DNA of 64,000 nucleotides from Candidatus Niyogibacteria bacterium (GTDB taxonomy: Bacteria; Patescibacteriota; Minisyncoccia; HO2-45-28), in contig CP066691.1 of assembly GCA_016432485.1 (NCBI GenBank), forward strand, positions 516,709-580,708, given 5' to 3'. Under the pieces are notes generated by a model that was not told the origin of the DNA, did not search any database, and saw only the letters and a list, made by a program, of their open reading frames with translations. The translations under genes and the position numbers were made by a program. Positions 28,468 to 37,527 of the stretch are shown one piece after another (within the stretch, counting starts at the first letter, position 1; each line of letters starts with the position of its first letter).

Positions 28468-31032
28468 ATGGCAGGAAAAAGAAACCTCCTCAAAAAGACA
28501 AAAAAGATATTCTTTTACGGAATAGCCGCGGCGGTTTTGTTCGTTGGCTCTCTTTCCGTGTGGGCTTTAACTTTGGACATTCCGGACTTTGAGGCCTTTG
28601 ACCAGCGCAAAGTCGTGCAGTCAACAAAAATTTACGACCGCTCGGGCGATATTCTTTTATATGACATACATAATGACATACGAAGAACCGTGGTCGCTTT
28701 TGGCGAAATACCGCCCGGCGTCAAAAACGCGACCGTGGCCATGGAAGATTCTAATTTTTACAACCACTACGGCATAAGCTTTCTCGCGATTATGCGCGCG
28801 GCTTTTGTTGACGTGATTTACGGCGGCGTGCACCAGGGCGGATCAACCATAACCCAACAGCTGGTCAAAAAAGCTCTTCTGACCGACGAACAAACCATAA
28901 CCCGCAAACTCAAAGAATTGGTGTTGGCACTCAAGGTGGAACGCGCTTTCAGCAAAGAACAAATCCTGGGTTTTTATCTCAATGAAATACCCTACGGATC
29001 TTCGGCCTACGGAATCGCGGCGGCCGCCGAAACTTTTTTCGGCAAAAAACTGCGGGACATAACTTTAGCCGAATCGACCTATCTTGCTTCTCTCCCCAAC
29101 GCGCCGACTTTTTATTCGCCGTACGGCCCGCACCAAAAAGAACTTAATGAAAGAAAAAATCTGGTTCTTAAAAGAATGTTGGACCTCGGCTTCATAACCC
29201 AAGACGAGGCCGATAAAGCCGAGAGGGAGGAAGTTAAATTCATACCGCGCGGCAATGAAACGTTGAAAGCGCCGCATTTTATATTCTACGTCCGAGATTA
29301 CCTCACTGAAAAATACGGGGAAGAGGCCGTGGAATCTGGCGGACTTAAAGTGGTAACGACTCTTGATTGGAATCTTCAGCAAAAAGCCGAGGACTTAACG
29401 GAAAAATTTGTTGAGGATGAAGAAGAAAAATTTAATGTTTATAATGCCGGCCTTATCGCTACCGACCCTCAAACGGGCCAAATACTGGTAATGGTCGGCT
29501 CAAAAGATTGGTTTTCTGAGCCCAAACCCGAAGGATGTTCGCCGGGCTTAAACTGCAAATTTGAACCGCACGTAAATGTGACCGCTTACGCCTCGGGCCG
29601 CCAGCCCGGCTCGGCTTTCAAACCATTTGTTTATGCGACTGCTTTTCAAAAGGGCTTTACTCCCGAAACCGCGGTCTTTGATTTGCCGACCGAGTTTAAT
29701 CCGTCTTGCGACCCGGACGCGGCCAAGGCCCTTGCCCGAGAAGAAGAACAAAACGAAGAAAAAAAAGATAATTGCTATCACCCGAGAAACTATGACGGCG
29801 TCTTTCGCGGGCCGATAATTCTGCGGGAAGCGCTGGCTCAATCCATCAACCTGCCGGCAGTCAAAACTCTTTACCTTGCCGGCCTTTCGGAATCGCTTAA
29901 AACCGCGAAAAAACTGGGCATTACAACCCTTAATGATCCCGACCGTTATGGATTAACTCTGGTTTTAGGCGGAGGAGAAGTTAAATTGCTGGAAATGGTC
30001 GGAGCATACGGGGTCTTCGCTAACGATGGGGTACGTAATCCCTTAACATCAATCCTTAAAGTGGAGGACGCGAAAGGGAACATTCTTGAAGAATTCCAGC
30101 CAAAACCCGAAGAAGTTCTTGATAAGCAAACCGCCCGTCTTATAAACGATGTGCTCTCGGATAATGAAGCCCGAACTCCGGCTTTTGGCGCGGCCTCTCC
30201 CTTATATTTTCCGGGCTGGGATGTCGCGGCTAAAACCGGAACCACCAATGATTCCAGAGATGCCTGGGTGGTGGGCTATACTCCCAATCTGGCCTGGGGA
30301 GTGTGGTTTGGCAATAACGACAACTCGGAGATGGTCAAAAGTATTGCCGGATTTATCGCAGCACCATTGTGGAATGCTTTTTTTCAGGAAGCATCGCGTA
30401 CCCTTGAGAAAAAAGAATTTATTTCTCCGGCACCGACCGAACCTAAAAAGGCGGTGCTTAACGGCGGGTGGCGCGGAAGCCGAACTTACACCATTGATAA
30501 GATTTCAAAAAAATTAGCGACTGCTTTTACGCCGCAGCAGTATAAGGAAGAAAAACCGCTGATTCAGATACATTCAATTCTTTACTGGCTGGATAAAAAT
30601 AATCCGGACGGGCCCATCCCTCAAAATCCATCAGACGACTCCCAATTTTCTTTATGGGAATATCCCGTAAGAAAGTGGGCCGAATCAAAAAATCTCCGCG
30701 AAGAGAGCGAAAGCGACATTCCGACGCAATATGATGACGTTCATCTTCCTCAGTACGCGCCGGAGATTTCGTTTGTTGTTTCGCCTCCGGATGAGTCCAC
30801 GTATTCCGGTTCGATATCATTCACATTGTCGGCTAGTTCCCGCTATCCCATAAGTCAGATGGACGTTATCTTTGGCAACAGATTTATCGGCTCCATTAAA
30901 AACGCGCCGTACTCGTTTTCCATTGATCTTGCAAAAATAAAAGACCTGCGTCCCGAAGAAACTCTGGTCATAAATGTTTACGACAGCGTCGGTAACAGTT
31001 CTTCACTTGAAAAAACCATCCGTTTGAGATAG
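28468..31032 (+). CDS. Class A penicillin-binding protein (PBP1A family) with a C-terminal Ig-like domain
   Basis: EDxxFxxH, GGSTITQQ, RKxxE, YLNEI; SAFK, SIN, KTG. Confidence 0.95.
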   Translation: MAGKRNLLKKTKKIFFYGIAAAVLFVGSLSVWALTLDIPDFEAFDQRKVVQSTKIYDRSGDILLYDIHNDIRRTVVAFGEIPPGVKNATVAMEDSNFYNHYGISFLAIMRAAFVDVIYGGVHQGGSTITQQLVKKALLTDEQTITRKLKELVLALKVERAFSKEQILGFYLNEIPYGSSAYGIAAAAETFFGKKLRDITLAESTYLASLPNAPTFYSPYGPHQKELNERKNLVLKRMLDLGFITQDEADKAEREEVKFIPRGNETLKAPHFIFYVRDYLTEKYGEEAVESGGLKVVTTLDWNLQQKAEDLTEKFVEDEEEKFNVYNAGLIATDPQTGQILVMVGSKDWFSEPKPEGCSPGLNCKFEPHVNVTAYASGRQPGSAFKPFVYATAFQKGFTPETAVFDLPTEFNPSCDPDAAKALAREEEQNEEKKDNCYHPRNYDGVFRGPIILREALAQSINLPAVKTLYLAGLSESLKTAKKLGITTLNDPDRYGLTLVLGGGEVKLLEMVGAYGVFANDGVRNPLTSILKVEDAKGNILEEFQPKPEEVLDKQTARLINDVLSDNEARTPAFGAASPLYFPGWDVAAKTGTTNDSRDAWVVGYTPNLAWGVWFGNNDNSEMVKSIAGFIAAPLWNAFFQEASRTLEKKEFISPAPTEPKKAVLNGGWRGSRTYTIDKISKKLATAFTPQQYKEEKPLIQIHSILYWLDKNNPDGPIPQNPSDDSQFSLWEYPVRKWAESKNLREESESDIPTQYDDVHLPQYAPEISFVVSPPDESTYSGSISFTLSASSRYPISQMDVIFGNRFIGSIKNAPYSFSIDLAKIKDLRPEETLVINVYDSVGNSSSLEKTIRLR

Positions 31033-31821
31033 TCATTCGGATGTCGTATTTTTAAGTTTTTCTTCCTCCTCCCTGTCATATCTCTCTGCCCTTTCCCAGG
31101 CCAGTTCGTAAAGTTTTTTCATGGCCTCGGCAATTTCGCGGCCTTCAATAACTACTCCGAATTTTTCAGCTAAAGACATAAAAACGACCTTGTTATCATA
31201 GATGTATATTTCGGGCGATATGCTGAATTTTTCATGAGGTACCAAAAGCGCGGTGCGCAAAAACTTTTCTCCGACGCGTTTTAAATGAAGGCCGTATTTT
31301 TCCGTGGGAATAATGGTGCGAATTGGTATTCCTTTTTCAGTGCGGCGGCGGAAATAGTTCTCGGCGTATGAGCCAAGCACTTTTTTAATGTCATGTGTTG
31401 AGCTGTAGCTTAAAATCGTTTCGGAGCTTGTCAAACTGTCTTCATAAAGCGAGGTAACGCCGTCAAACCCCTCATAATAACGCACTTGGGGTTTGTCTTT
31501 GCGCAAACTATGAATGGAGAGAAGTTGGGGCAAAAGTTTTTTAGCCGCTTCTAACCGCTTTTTGTTCTTACTCAGGTCGTCTTCAAGCCGGTCCACCAAA
31601 ATGTACGGGTCTTCGGCGGCATAAATCTTCCTCCCTCTTCTGTCTTGGGATTGACTGACCAGCTTCTTTGCCACCAAACCCTCCAAAACGTTATAGCCAC
31701 TAGTGCGATTTATACCTGCTTTTCGAGCAATATCAGCCACAGCTGATGACCCCAGCTCTAAATTTGCCGCATAAACTCGGGCTTCATTTTCAGAAAAACC
31801 CAATTCTTCCAACTCACGCAT
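31033..31821 (-). CDS. TrmB-family transcriptional regulator
   Basis: LEELGFSENEARVY wHTH, PQVRYYEG, IYIYDNKV; start ATG 31821 after GGAGG. Confidence 0.9.
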   Translation of the reverse strand: MRELEELGFSENEARVYAANLELGSSAVADIARKAGINRTSGYNVLEGLVAKKLVSQSQDRRGRKIYAAEDPYILVDRLEDDLSKNKKRLEAAKKLLPQLLSIHSLRKDKPQVRYYEGFDGVTSLYEDSLTSSETILSYSSTHDIKKVLGSYAENYFRRRTEKGIPIRTIIPTEKYGLHLKRVGEKFLRTALLVPHEKFSISPEIYIYDNKVVFMSLAEKFGVVIEGREIAEAMKKLYELAWERAERYDREEEEKLKNTTSE

Positions 31822-31830
31822 TATACCTCC

Positions 31831-31946
31831 ATTATACACCTACAGTATTTTGTGTCAAGACTCTTGCACAGTTTGTCAAGAGCAGTATGTTTTACAACAA
31901 TTTTCTTGTCCCTACTACTTGACAAGGTGTCTGTTTGATGTATAAT
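31831..31946. promoter_or_regulatory. Divergent sigma70 promoters (both TTGACA-16-TATAAT) with TGTCAAGA repeats
   Basis: Minus 31831-31858; plus 31919-31946; tgtcaaga at 31853 and 31874. Confidence 0.7.
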
Positions 31947-32009
31947 GGGGACAGGAAGTCAGTAGTTTCCTTGAAACATAAACCAGTACAAACAGAAAGG
32001 GAGAAGAAA

Positions 32010-32585
32010 ATGTATACCTGGATTGGCGTGCCGGCTTTGGTATTCGTGTTTATATGTTTGGGCGTGTGGCTCAACGAAAAAACCAACTGGAATCTAAGAG
32101 ATATCCTAAAAGCAATGGCTGCTGCAGCATTGATTACACCGTTCATTGGGGCCTGCGTTGCAGCGGTCGCTGACGTCATAGCGTCTCATGTATCCGAAAG
32201 CCGCTTGGTTCTTGCGGAGACAAAGCCTTTAGTCCGGACACAAAACAAGGGATTGGTCACAGTATGGTTCGTCACAGAAAATGCCAGCGCCTTGGTCAAC
32301 GATCCGCAGGAACGTGCCTATCTCGTCTTTTTCACCAGAGAAAGCGGCGGCAATACGACGCTCAATAAACTCCCTTTGCGTCTGGGCCGTAACGTGGAGA
32401 TCGTGGAGGAAAAACGCGCAGGTGGGATTTTAGAACTCTATGAGTGGCGGTTTGTAAACCCTGCTACAGCCATAAGATGGACGCTCATTTCGGGGGCTGC
32501 AGCATTTTCAGGCCCAAAGTGGGTTCTCCGTATTCCAGAAGGATCAATCGAAACGAGCCGGAATCCACGGCTAAAAACAAAATAA
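32010..32585 (+). CDS. Hypothetical membrane protein
   Basis: Two N-terminal TMs; AGGGAG upstream of ATG 32010; terminator follows. Confidence 0.7.
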   Translation: MYTWIGVPALVFVFICLGVWLNEKTNWNLRDILKAMAAAALITPFIGACVAAVADVIASHVSESRLVLAETKPLVRTQNKGLVTVWFVTENASALVNDPQERAYLVFFTRESGGNTTLNKLPLRLGRNVEIVEEKRAGGILELYEWRFVNPATAIRWTLISGAAAFSGPKWVLRIPEGSIETSRNPRLKTK

Positions 32586-32602
32586 CCCGAGAAGCGACAA
32601 GT

Positions 32603-32641
32603 AAAAAACCGCCGGGAGGCAAGCTCCTTCCGGTGGTTTTT
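32603..32641 (+). terminator. Intrinsic terminator
   Basis: aaaaaccgccggga...ttccggtggttttt. Confidence 0.7.
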
Positions 32642-32717
32642 AATTATTTAAGAACTCTTCATCGGCATTACCAGATAAAGATACGAAACATCTGAAAAAA
32701 CCATCCGTTTGAGATAG

Positions 32718-32990
32718 TTATTTAAATAAAATTTTTTGGGGGGCTCTATTTCCGAATTTTTTTCTTAATTCGTCGAGCAAAGAATTCTGCGAAGTAAATA
32801 TAAAGGTTTTAACCGCCATGTTCTTCGTAGAAATTATTATATTAGGCTGGCGAACTTTAATTTCCAGGTCATTCCCGCTTAAATTGTTTTTTTTAAAACA
32901 CCACTCCAAAATATCTTTTTCAACTATCTGGCTATGTGATTTTAATCCGTCAAATTTTTTTAGGAATTCAAAAATCTGCTTAAAAGGCAT
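32718..32990 (-). CDS. DciA/DUF721-like protein
   Basis: 90 aa, directly downstream of dnaN, KH-like beta/alpha pattern. Confidence 0.55.
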   Translation of the reverse strand: MPFKQIFEFLKKFDGLKSHSQIVEKDILEWCFKKNNLSGNDLEIKVRQPNIIISTKNMAVKTFIFTSQNSLLDELRKKFGNRAPQKILFK

Positions 32991-33001
32991 ACCAAATTCC
33001 T

Positions 33002-34111
33002 TTAGCTTTTCATCGGCATAACCAAATAAAGATATGAAACGTCGCGCGGGTTTTGGATTAGAAGAGGTTTGCTTGCTCCCGAAAAACGCAAAATAACGTC
33101 TTCGGAATTTACGGGCTCCAACCCCTCAAGCAAATATCTCTGATTAAAAGACGCTTCAAGATTTTCTCCGGTAATCTGAGCCTTAAGCTGACCGTTGTGC
33201 TCGCCGAGCTCGCTGTCACTGGTGGTTATCTCAAAAATATTGTCCCCGGCGTAAGCGCGCAATTTTACTTCTTTCAGGCGGCCGGAAAAAACGCCGGCTA
33301 ATTTAAGGTTGTCCGTAAGTTCTTTTTTATTCAGAGTAACTTCGGTGCTGAATGCCGACGGAATTATTTGCTCGTAATCGGGGAAGTTTCCCTCAATCAA
33401 TCTGGTAAAATACGAAAAAGAGGGGTGAAGCGCGAAAAGATGCTGGCGGTCAAACTCCAATTCTACGTCTCCTTCAAAATTCTCAATTATTTTTATGAAA
33501 TCAAGGGCTGATTTTCCGGGAAAGAGAAAAGAGTCTATTTTTTCAGTTTTTGAATCAAAGGATTTTTCAGCCAGACGGAAAGAATCGGTGGCCGCCATTT
33601 TAAAAAATGAGCCCGGATTGTTTTTGCTGCCGGAGGAAAAGAAAACGCTTGATATTTCCGGTTTGATATCGGATTCGGAAGCGGCGAAAATCACGCTTTT
33701 CATGTTTGAAAACAATTTTTCCGCGTTGAAAACCAATTTTTGCCCGTTTTTTATTTTAGGCAGTTTCGGAAAGTCTTCCTGATCATAAGCTTTTATTGTG
33801 GTGGAGGTATTTTTAGTAGTCAGATTAATGTTGTTATTTTTTGATTCTAAAAATATTTTTTCGTCGTTTACTGACGATAAAAGAGAAATAATGGGTTTAG
33901 CCTGAATAACCAGTGTTCCTTCTTTTTTTACTTGAGCCGGTATTTTTGTCTCAAAACCGCTGTATAAATCGGTTGACCTGATAAGCAGATGATTTTTTTC
34001 GGCTTTTAAAAATATTCCGTTTAAAACCGGATTGGCGTTTCTCTGATTGGTTTGCCTTTCGGCCAATTGAATACTTTTTTGGAAATGAGTTTTAAAGCAA
34101 GACAACTCCAT
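33002..34111 (-). CDS. dnaN: DNA polymerase III beta sliding clamp
   Basis: PVLNGI, STDL, ATDSFRLA, EGNFPDY, FN.RYL, YLVMP. Confidence 0.97.
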   Translation of the reverse strand: MELSCFKTHFQKSIQLAERQTNQRNANPVLNGIFLKAEKNHLLIRSTDLYSGFETKIPAQVKKEGTLVIQAKPIISLLSSVNDEKIFLESKNNNINLTTKNTSTTIKAYDQEDFPKLPKIKNGQKLVFNAEKLFSNMKSVIFAASESDIKPEISSVFFSSGSKNNPGSFFKMAATDSFRLAEKSFDSKTEKIDSFLFPGKSALDFIKIIENFEGDVELEFDRQHLFALHPSFSYFTRLIEGNFPDYEQIIPSAFSTEVTLNKKELTDNLKLAGVFSGRLKEVKLRAYAGDNIFEITTSDSELGEHNGQLKAQITGENLEASFNQRYLLEGLEPVNSEDVILRFSGASKPLLIQNPRDVSYLYLVMPMKS

Positions 34112-34319
34112 AATAATAAATTTAATTAATTAAACTGTAGTTGTAGATGTTAGCGTGCATAAGTGTAAAAACCATTTATGTGTTTAGTTTAAACCCTTTT
34201 TAACTATAAAACTGTTTATTTTCTTGTTGATAAATCGTGGAAATGATTTTGATAATTTTCAGTCCGAATTCTTTTTTATAAATCATCAACATTTTTTCAA
34301 CATAATTTTCATAAGATAC
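34112..34319. other. oriC candidate (dnaA-dnaN intergenic)
   Basis: Very AT-rich; degenerate DnaA boxes at 34154, 34225, 34283 and 34294. Confidence 0.6.
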
Positions 34320-35684
34320 TCACTGTTTTTCTTCCTCATATAATTGGGCCCGGATTGTTTTTATTTCTTCTTTGAGGCGGTCGTCTCTTTTAATCTCGTT
34401 GGTTATTTTAGTATAGGCGTGAATGGCGGTTGTATGGTCTCGGCCGCCGAATTTTTGTCCGATATAAGGAAAAGAGCCGTTAAAATCTTCTCTTAGAAGG
34501 TACATCGCTACTTGTCTCGGCTTGACTACCTCCTTCCTTCTGGTTTTCTCAAAAAGAAATTTTTCCTGAATGTCGTAAAATTGCGCGATCTTTCTTATTA
34601 TCTGCTGAGCGCTTAGAACTTTCCTCGGTTTTTCGTTTTTGGTCAGTATTTCTTTTACCTCGGACAAATCCAGAGGCCGCTTTTTCATTTTTGAGCGCAC
34701 GATCACGGAATTAAGCGAACCCTCCATCTCCCTGATATTGGATTGGACGGCTGATGCTATGTATTCCAGTATTTCAAGCGAGGGCTGGTATTCTTGGTTT
34801 GGAGCTGTTTTGGACTGCAGTATTGCCAGCCTGGTTTCGTAGTCCGGTTCTACTATGTCGGCTATCGTGCCTCCCTCAAAACGCGATCTAAGGCGGTCTT
34901 CAATGTTTGGTATTAATTTGGGAGGCCTGTCGGAAGAGAAGATTATTTGTTTATTCGCCTGATGCATGGAGTTGAAAGTGTGAAAAATTTCTTCCTGGGT
35001 AGCGGCTCCGCGGCTGGCAATGAACTGGATATCGTCAATTATCAAAACGTCAAAAGAGCGGTACTTATCTTTAAAAAAGACGGTTTCGTTATTGCGGATT
35101 GCCGCGACCAATTCGTTGGCAAAACGTTCCGCGCTGACGTAATAAACTTTTTTATCGGGATAGTCGGCTTTCATTTTATTTCCTATTGCCTGCATTAAGT
35201 GGGTTTTTCCCAGCCCGACTCCGCCATAAATAAAAAGAGGGTTGTAGAGAACGCCCGGGTTTTTTATTACCGATAGAGCGGAGGCATGAGCCAGCTCATT
35301 GAATATCCCTACGATAAAATTATCCAGAGTATATTTAGGATTGAGGTTTGTTTCGCGGTCGGTGTATATATCGCGAAAATCCATTTGTTCTTCCGTTGAT
35401 TTAGGCTCTGCTTTTTTCTCCTGGACCGTGCCGAACGTCGCTATCTTGAATTCGATTGAACGCACTTCGGGCGAGCGAGCCCGGAGGCATTTTAAAATAT
35501 GTTTTTGGTATTTATCCTCCAGCCACTCTTTAATAAAAGCCGAGGGGGTCCCTATGATTATTTTCCCTTCGTCCTGGTCGGCTATGAACGTATTTTGAAA
35601 CCAAGTCGCGAAATTGGCTTTCGAAACGGTTAATTCTAATTCTCTCAAAATCTCCTTCCAGAGCTCTTCTTTAATCATAATCAT
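34320..35684 (-). CDS. dnaA: Chromosomal replication initiator DnaA
   Basis: YNPLFIYGGVGLGKTHL, IDDIQF, RLRSRF, NIREMEG, GGRDHTT. Confidence 0.99.
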   Translation of the reverse strand: MIMIKEELWKEILRELELTVSKANFATWFQNTFIADQDEGKIIIGTPSAFIKEWLEDKYQKHILKCLRARSPEVRSIEFKIATFGTVQEKKAEPKSTEEQMDFRDIYTDRETNLNPKYTLDNFIVGIFNELAHASALSVIKNPGVLYNPLFIYGGVGLGKTHLMQAIGNKMKADYPDKKVYYVSAERFANELVAAIRNNETVFFKDKYRSFDVLIIDDIQFIASRGAATQEEIFHTFNSMHQANKQIIFSSDRPPKLIPNIEDRLRSRFEGGTIADIVEPDYETRLAILQSKTAPNQEYQPSLEILEYIASAVQSNIREMEGSLNSVIVRSKMKKRPLDLSEVKEILTKNEKPRKVLSAQQIIRKIAQFYDIQEKFLFEKTRRKEVVKPRQVAMYLLREDFNGSFPYIGQKFGGRDHTTAIHAYTKITNEIKRDDRLKEEIKTIRAQLYEEEKQ

Positions 35685-35768
35685 CTAAGTTTTTTAAACG
35701 ATTTCTATATTATATCTTTAATGTTTTTTATTTACGAACCACCAAAATTTTACTAAACCCTACTCTGA

Positions 35769-35799
35769 TGTTAATAAGCTGTGGATGATTTGTGAATAT
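35769..35799 (-). promoter_or_regulatory. Three tandem degenerate DnaA boxes at 11-bp spacing upstream of dnaA
   Basis: tgttaataa, tgtggatga and tgtgaatat versus consensus TGTGGATAA. Confidence 0.6.
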
Positions 35800-35833
35800 T
35801 GTTTAAATTAAAAATATGTGTAAGAATAATCAT

Positions 35834-35974
35834 ATGTCGCCAAAAAGAACTTATCAGCCCAAAAAACGCAAAAGGAAAAAGACTCACGGTTTCCGAAAAC
35901 GCTCCAGAAGCGCCGGGGGCAAGCGTATTTTGAAGGGCCGGCGCCGGAAAGGCCGCAAGAAGCTTACGGTTTGA
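35834..35974 (+). CDS. rpmH: 50S ribosomal protein L34 (not in the ORF track)
   Basis: [23 protein letters not shown]...[11 protein letters not shown]. Confidence 0.97.
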   Translation: MSPKRTYQPKKRKRKKTHGFRKRSRSAGGKRILKGRRRKGRKKLTV

Positions 35975-36324
35975 TGGCCGCTTTTAAGCGCAGCCGGCGG
36001 CTTTACGATAAAAAAGCGATTAGTCAAGTTTTGCGCCGCGGCCGAAGGATTGAGCGCGGTGGCCTCGTTGTCTATTTTCAAAGTTCTGATAATTCCGCAT
36101 CGCGTCTCGCAGTGGTCGTTTCAAAGAGCGTTGATAAAAGAGCGGTGAGGCGCAATAAAATTAGGCGGCAGATAAGTGAGATAATGCGGGGGCTCATTTT
36201 CGGAATAAAAAAACCCTTGCGTATAATCGTAAGGGTTTTGCCCGAAGCTTCCAAGGCGGACTTTGGGCGGCTGAAAAACGCGCTGGAAGAAATATTCGTA
36301 AATATAAACAATCTAAAAATTTAA
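35974..36324 (+). CDS. rnpA: Ribonuclease P protein component
   Basis: RLAVVVSK...AVRRNKIRR; TGATG overlap with rpmH. Confidence 0.93.
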   Translation: MAAFKRSRRLYDKKAISQVLRRGRRIERGGLVVYFQSSDNSASRLAVVVSKSVDKRAVRRNKIRRQISEIMRGLIFGIKKPLRIIVRVLPEASKADFGRLKNALEEIFVNINNLKI

Positions 36325-36334
36325 GAATCTTATA

Positions 36335-37111
36335 ATGGCCTGGCTATTAGTAATTTTTAACGAGATTTTTTATCGCCCGCTTTTAAATGCTCTGGTGTGG
36401 CTCACCGGTTTTTTGCCGTTCAATGATTTGGGACTTGCGGTTATTGTTTTGACCGTAGTGGTTAGAATCGTGCTTTTTCCTTTGACCCACCGTTCAATTA
36501 AAACCCAGAACAAAATGAAGCAGATTGAGCCCGAGCTTAAAAAAATAAAAGATAATTTTAAAGATCGCCAGGAACAAGCGCGCCGCACTATGGAACTCTA
36601 TCGCGCTCACGGTATCAATCCCCTTTCCGGAATCCTTTTGCTTTTTTTACAGCTTCCGATTCTTATTGCTCTTTATTTGGTTTTCCGAGAGAGCGTTAAC
36701 ATAGATGCCGCCTATTTATACGGTTTTATCGCCGTTCCGGAGCATGTCAATACGATGTTTTTGGGTTTATTTGACCTTAGTCAGGGGAGCATGATACTTG
36801 CGGCCGCGGCCGCTTTATCGCAGTTTATGCAGATAAAACTTGCTAAGCTGCCTTCCATCGCCCGCAGTTCCTCCCCCGGCGCGAAATCAATGGATTTTGG
36901 CAAGATGATGTCCTGGCAGATGACTTATTTCATGCCGCTTTTGATATTTTTTATAGCCATGCGTTTTCCGTCAGCAGTCAGTCTTTATTGGACAACGCTC
37001 AATATTTTTGCTACAGTGCACGAAGGGATAGTAAGAAAAAAAGCCCAAAAAATTTATGCCGTCGAAGGAAACAGTTCAAAGGATACAAATTCTGATTCAA
37101 AACCTTCTTGA
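36335..37111 (+). CDS. yidC: YidC/Oxa1 membrane protein insertase
   Basis: GLAVIVLTVVVR..LFPL, LY..HGINP, QLPI, LYW. Confidence 0.95.
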   Translation: MAWLLVIFNEIFYRPLLNALVWLTGFLPFNDLGLAVIVLTVVVRIVLFPLTHRSIKTQNKMKQIEPELKKIKDNFKDRQEQARRTMELYRAHGINPLSGILLLFLQLPILIALYLVFRESVNIDAAYLYGFIAVPEHVNTMFLGLFDLSQGSMILAAAAALSQFMQIKLAKLPSIARSSSPGAKSMDFGKMMSWQMTYFMPLLIFFIAMRFPSAVSLYWTTLNIFATVHEGIVRKKAQKIYAVEGNSSKDTNSDSKPS

Positions 37112-37520
37112 AAGAATGGGGTGTTCCGGCTCTGTTGATTTTATTGAGTACCCCGAAAATTTATTTTTCAGCGTGCATACTTCCGACGGCGGAATTTTGA
37201 TAGGAGAGTCTGGTGAAAGACTGAAAGCCATCAATCACATTATTCATAAAATGGCAGAGCGCGAATTCCCCGCGGACTACCCTAGTTTGAAGTTTTTTGT
37301 TGACGTTAACGATTATCAAAAGCAAAAAATAGAAGAACTAAAGGACTTGGCGCGGCTTTCCGCCCAGCGCGTGCGTTATTTTAAAAAAGAAATTGAAATG
37401 CAGCCGATGACCTCTTATGAGCGTCGCATTATTCACGCCACGCTTACCGAGTATCCGGATATTTCCACCCAGAGCACGGGCGTCGGCGAAGAAAGAAGAG
37501 TGGTAATTAAACCTCTTTAA
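37056..37520 (+). CDS. jag: Jag/KhpB-like KH-R3H RNA-binding protein
   Basis: LIGESGE.L.A, VDVNDY, PM.SYERRIIH. Confidence 0.88.
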   Translation: MPSKETVQRIQILIQNLLERMGCSGSVDFIEYPENLFFSVHTSDGGILIGESGERLKAINHIIHKMAEREFPADYPSLKFFVDVNDYQKQKIEELKDLARLSAQRVRYFKKEIEMQPMTSYERRIIHATLTEYPDISTQSTGVGEERRVVIKPL

Positions 37521-37527
37521 AAAATCT

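Larger units (their letters stand above)
31008..32718. mobile_element. Islet flanked by a perfect 26-bp direct repeat (31008-31033 and 32693-32718)
   Basis: tgaaaaaaccatccgtttgagatagt occurs twice; it duplicates the PBP 3' end. Confidence 0.75.
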
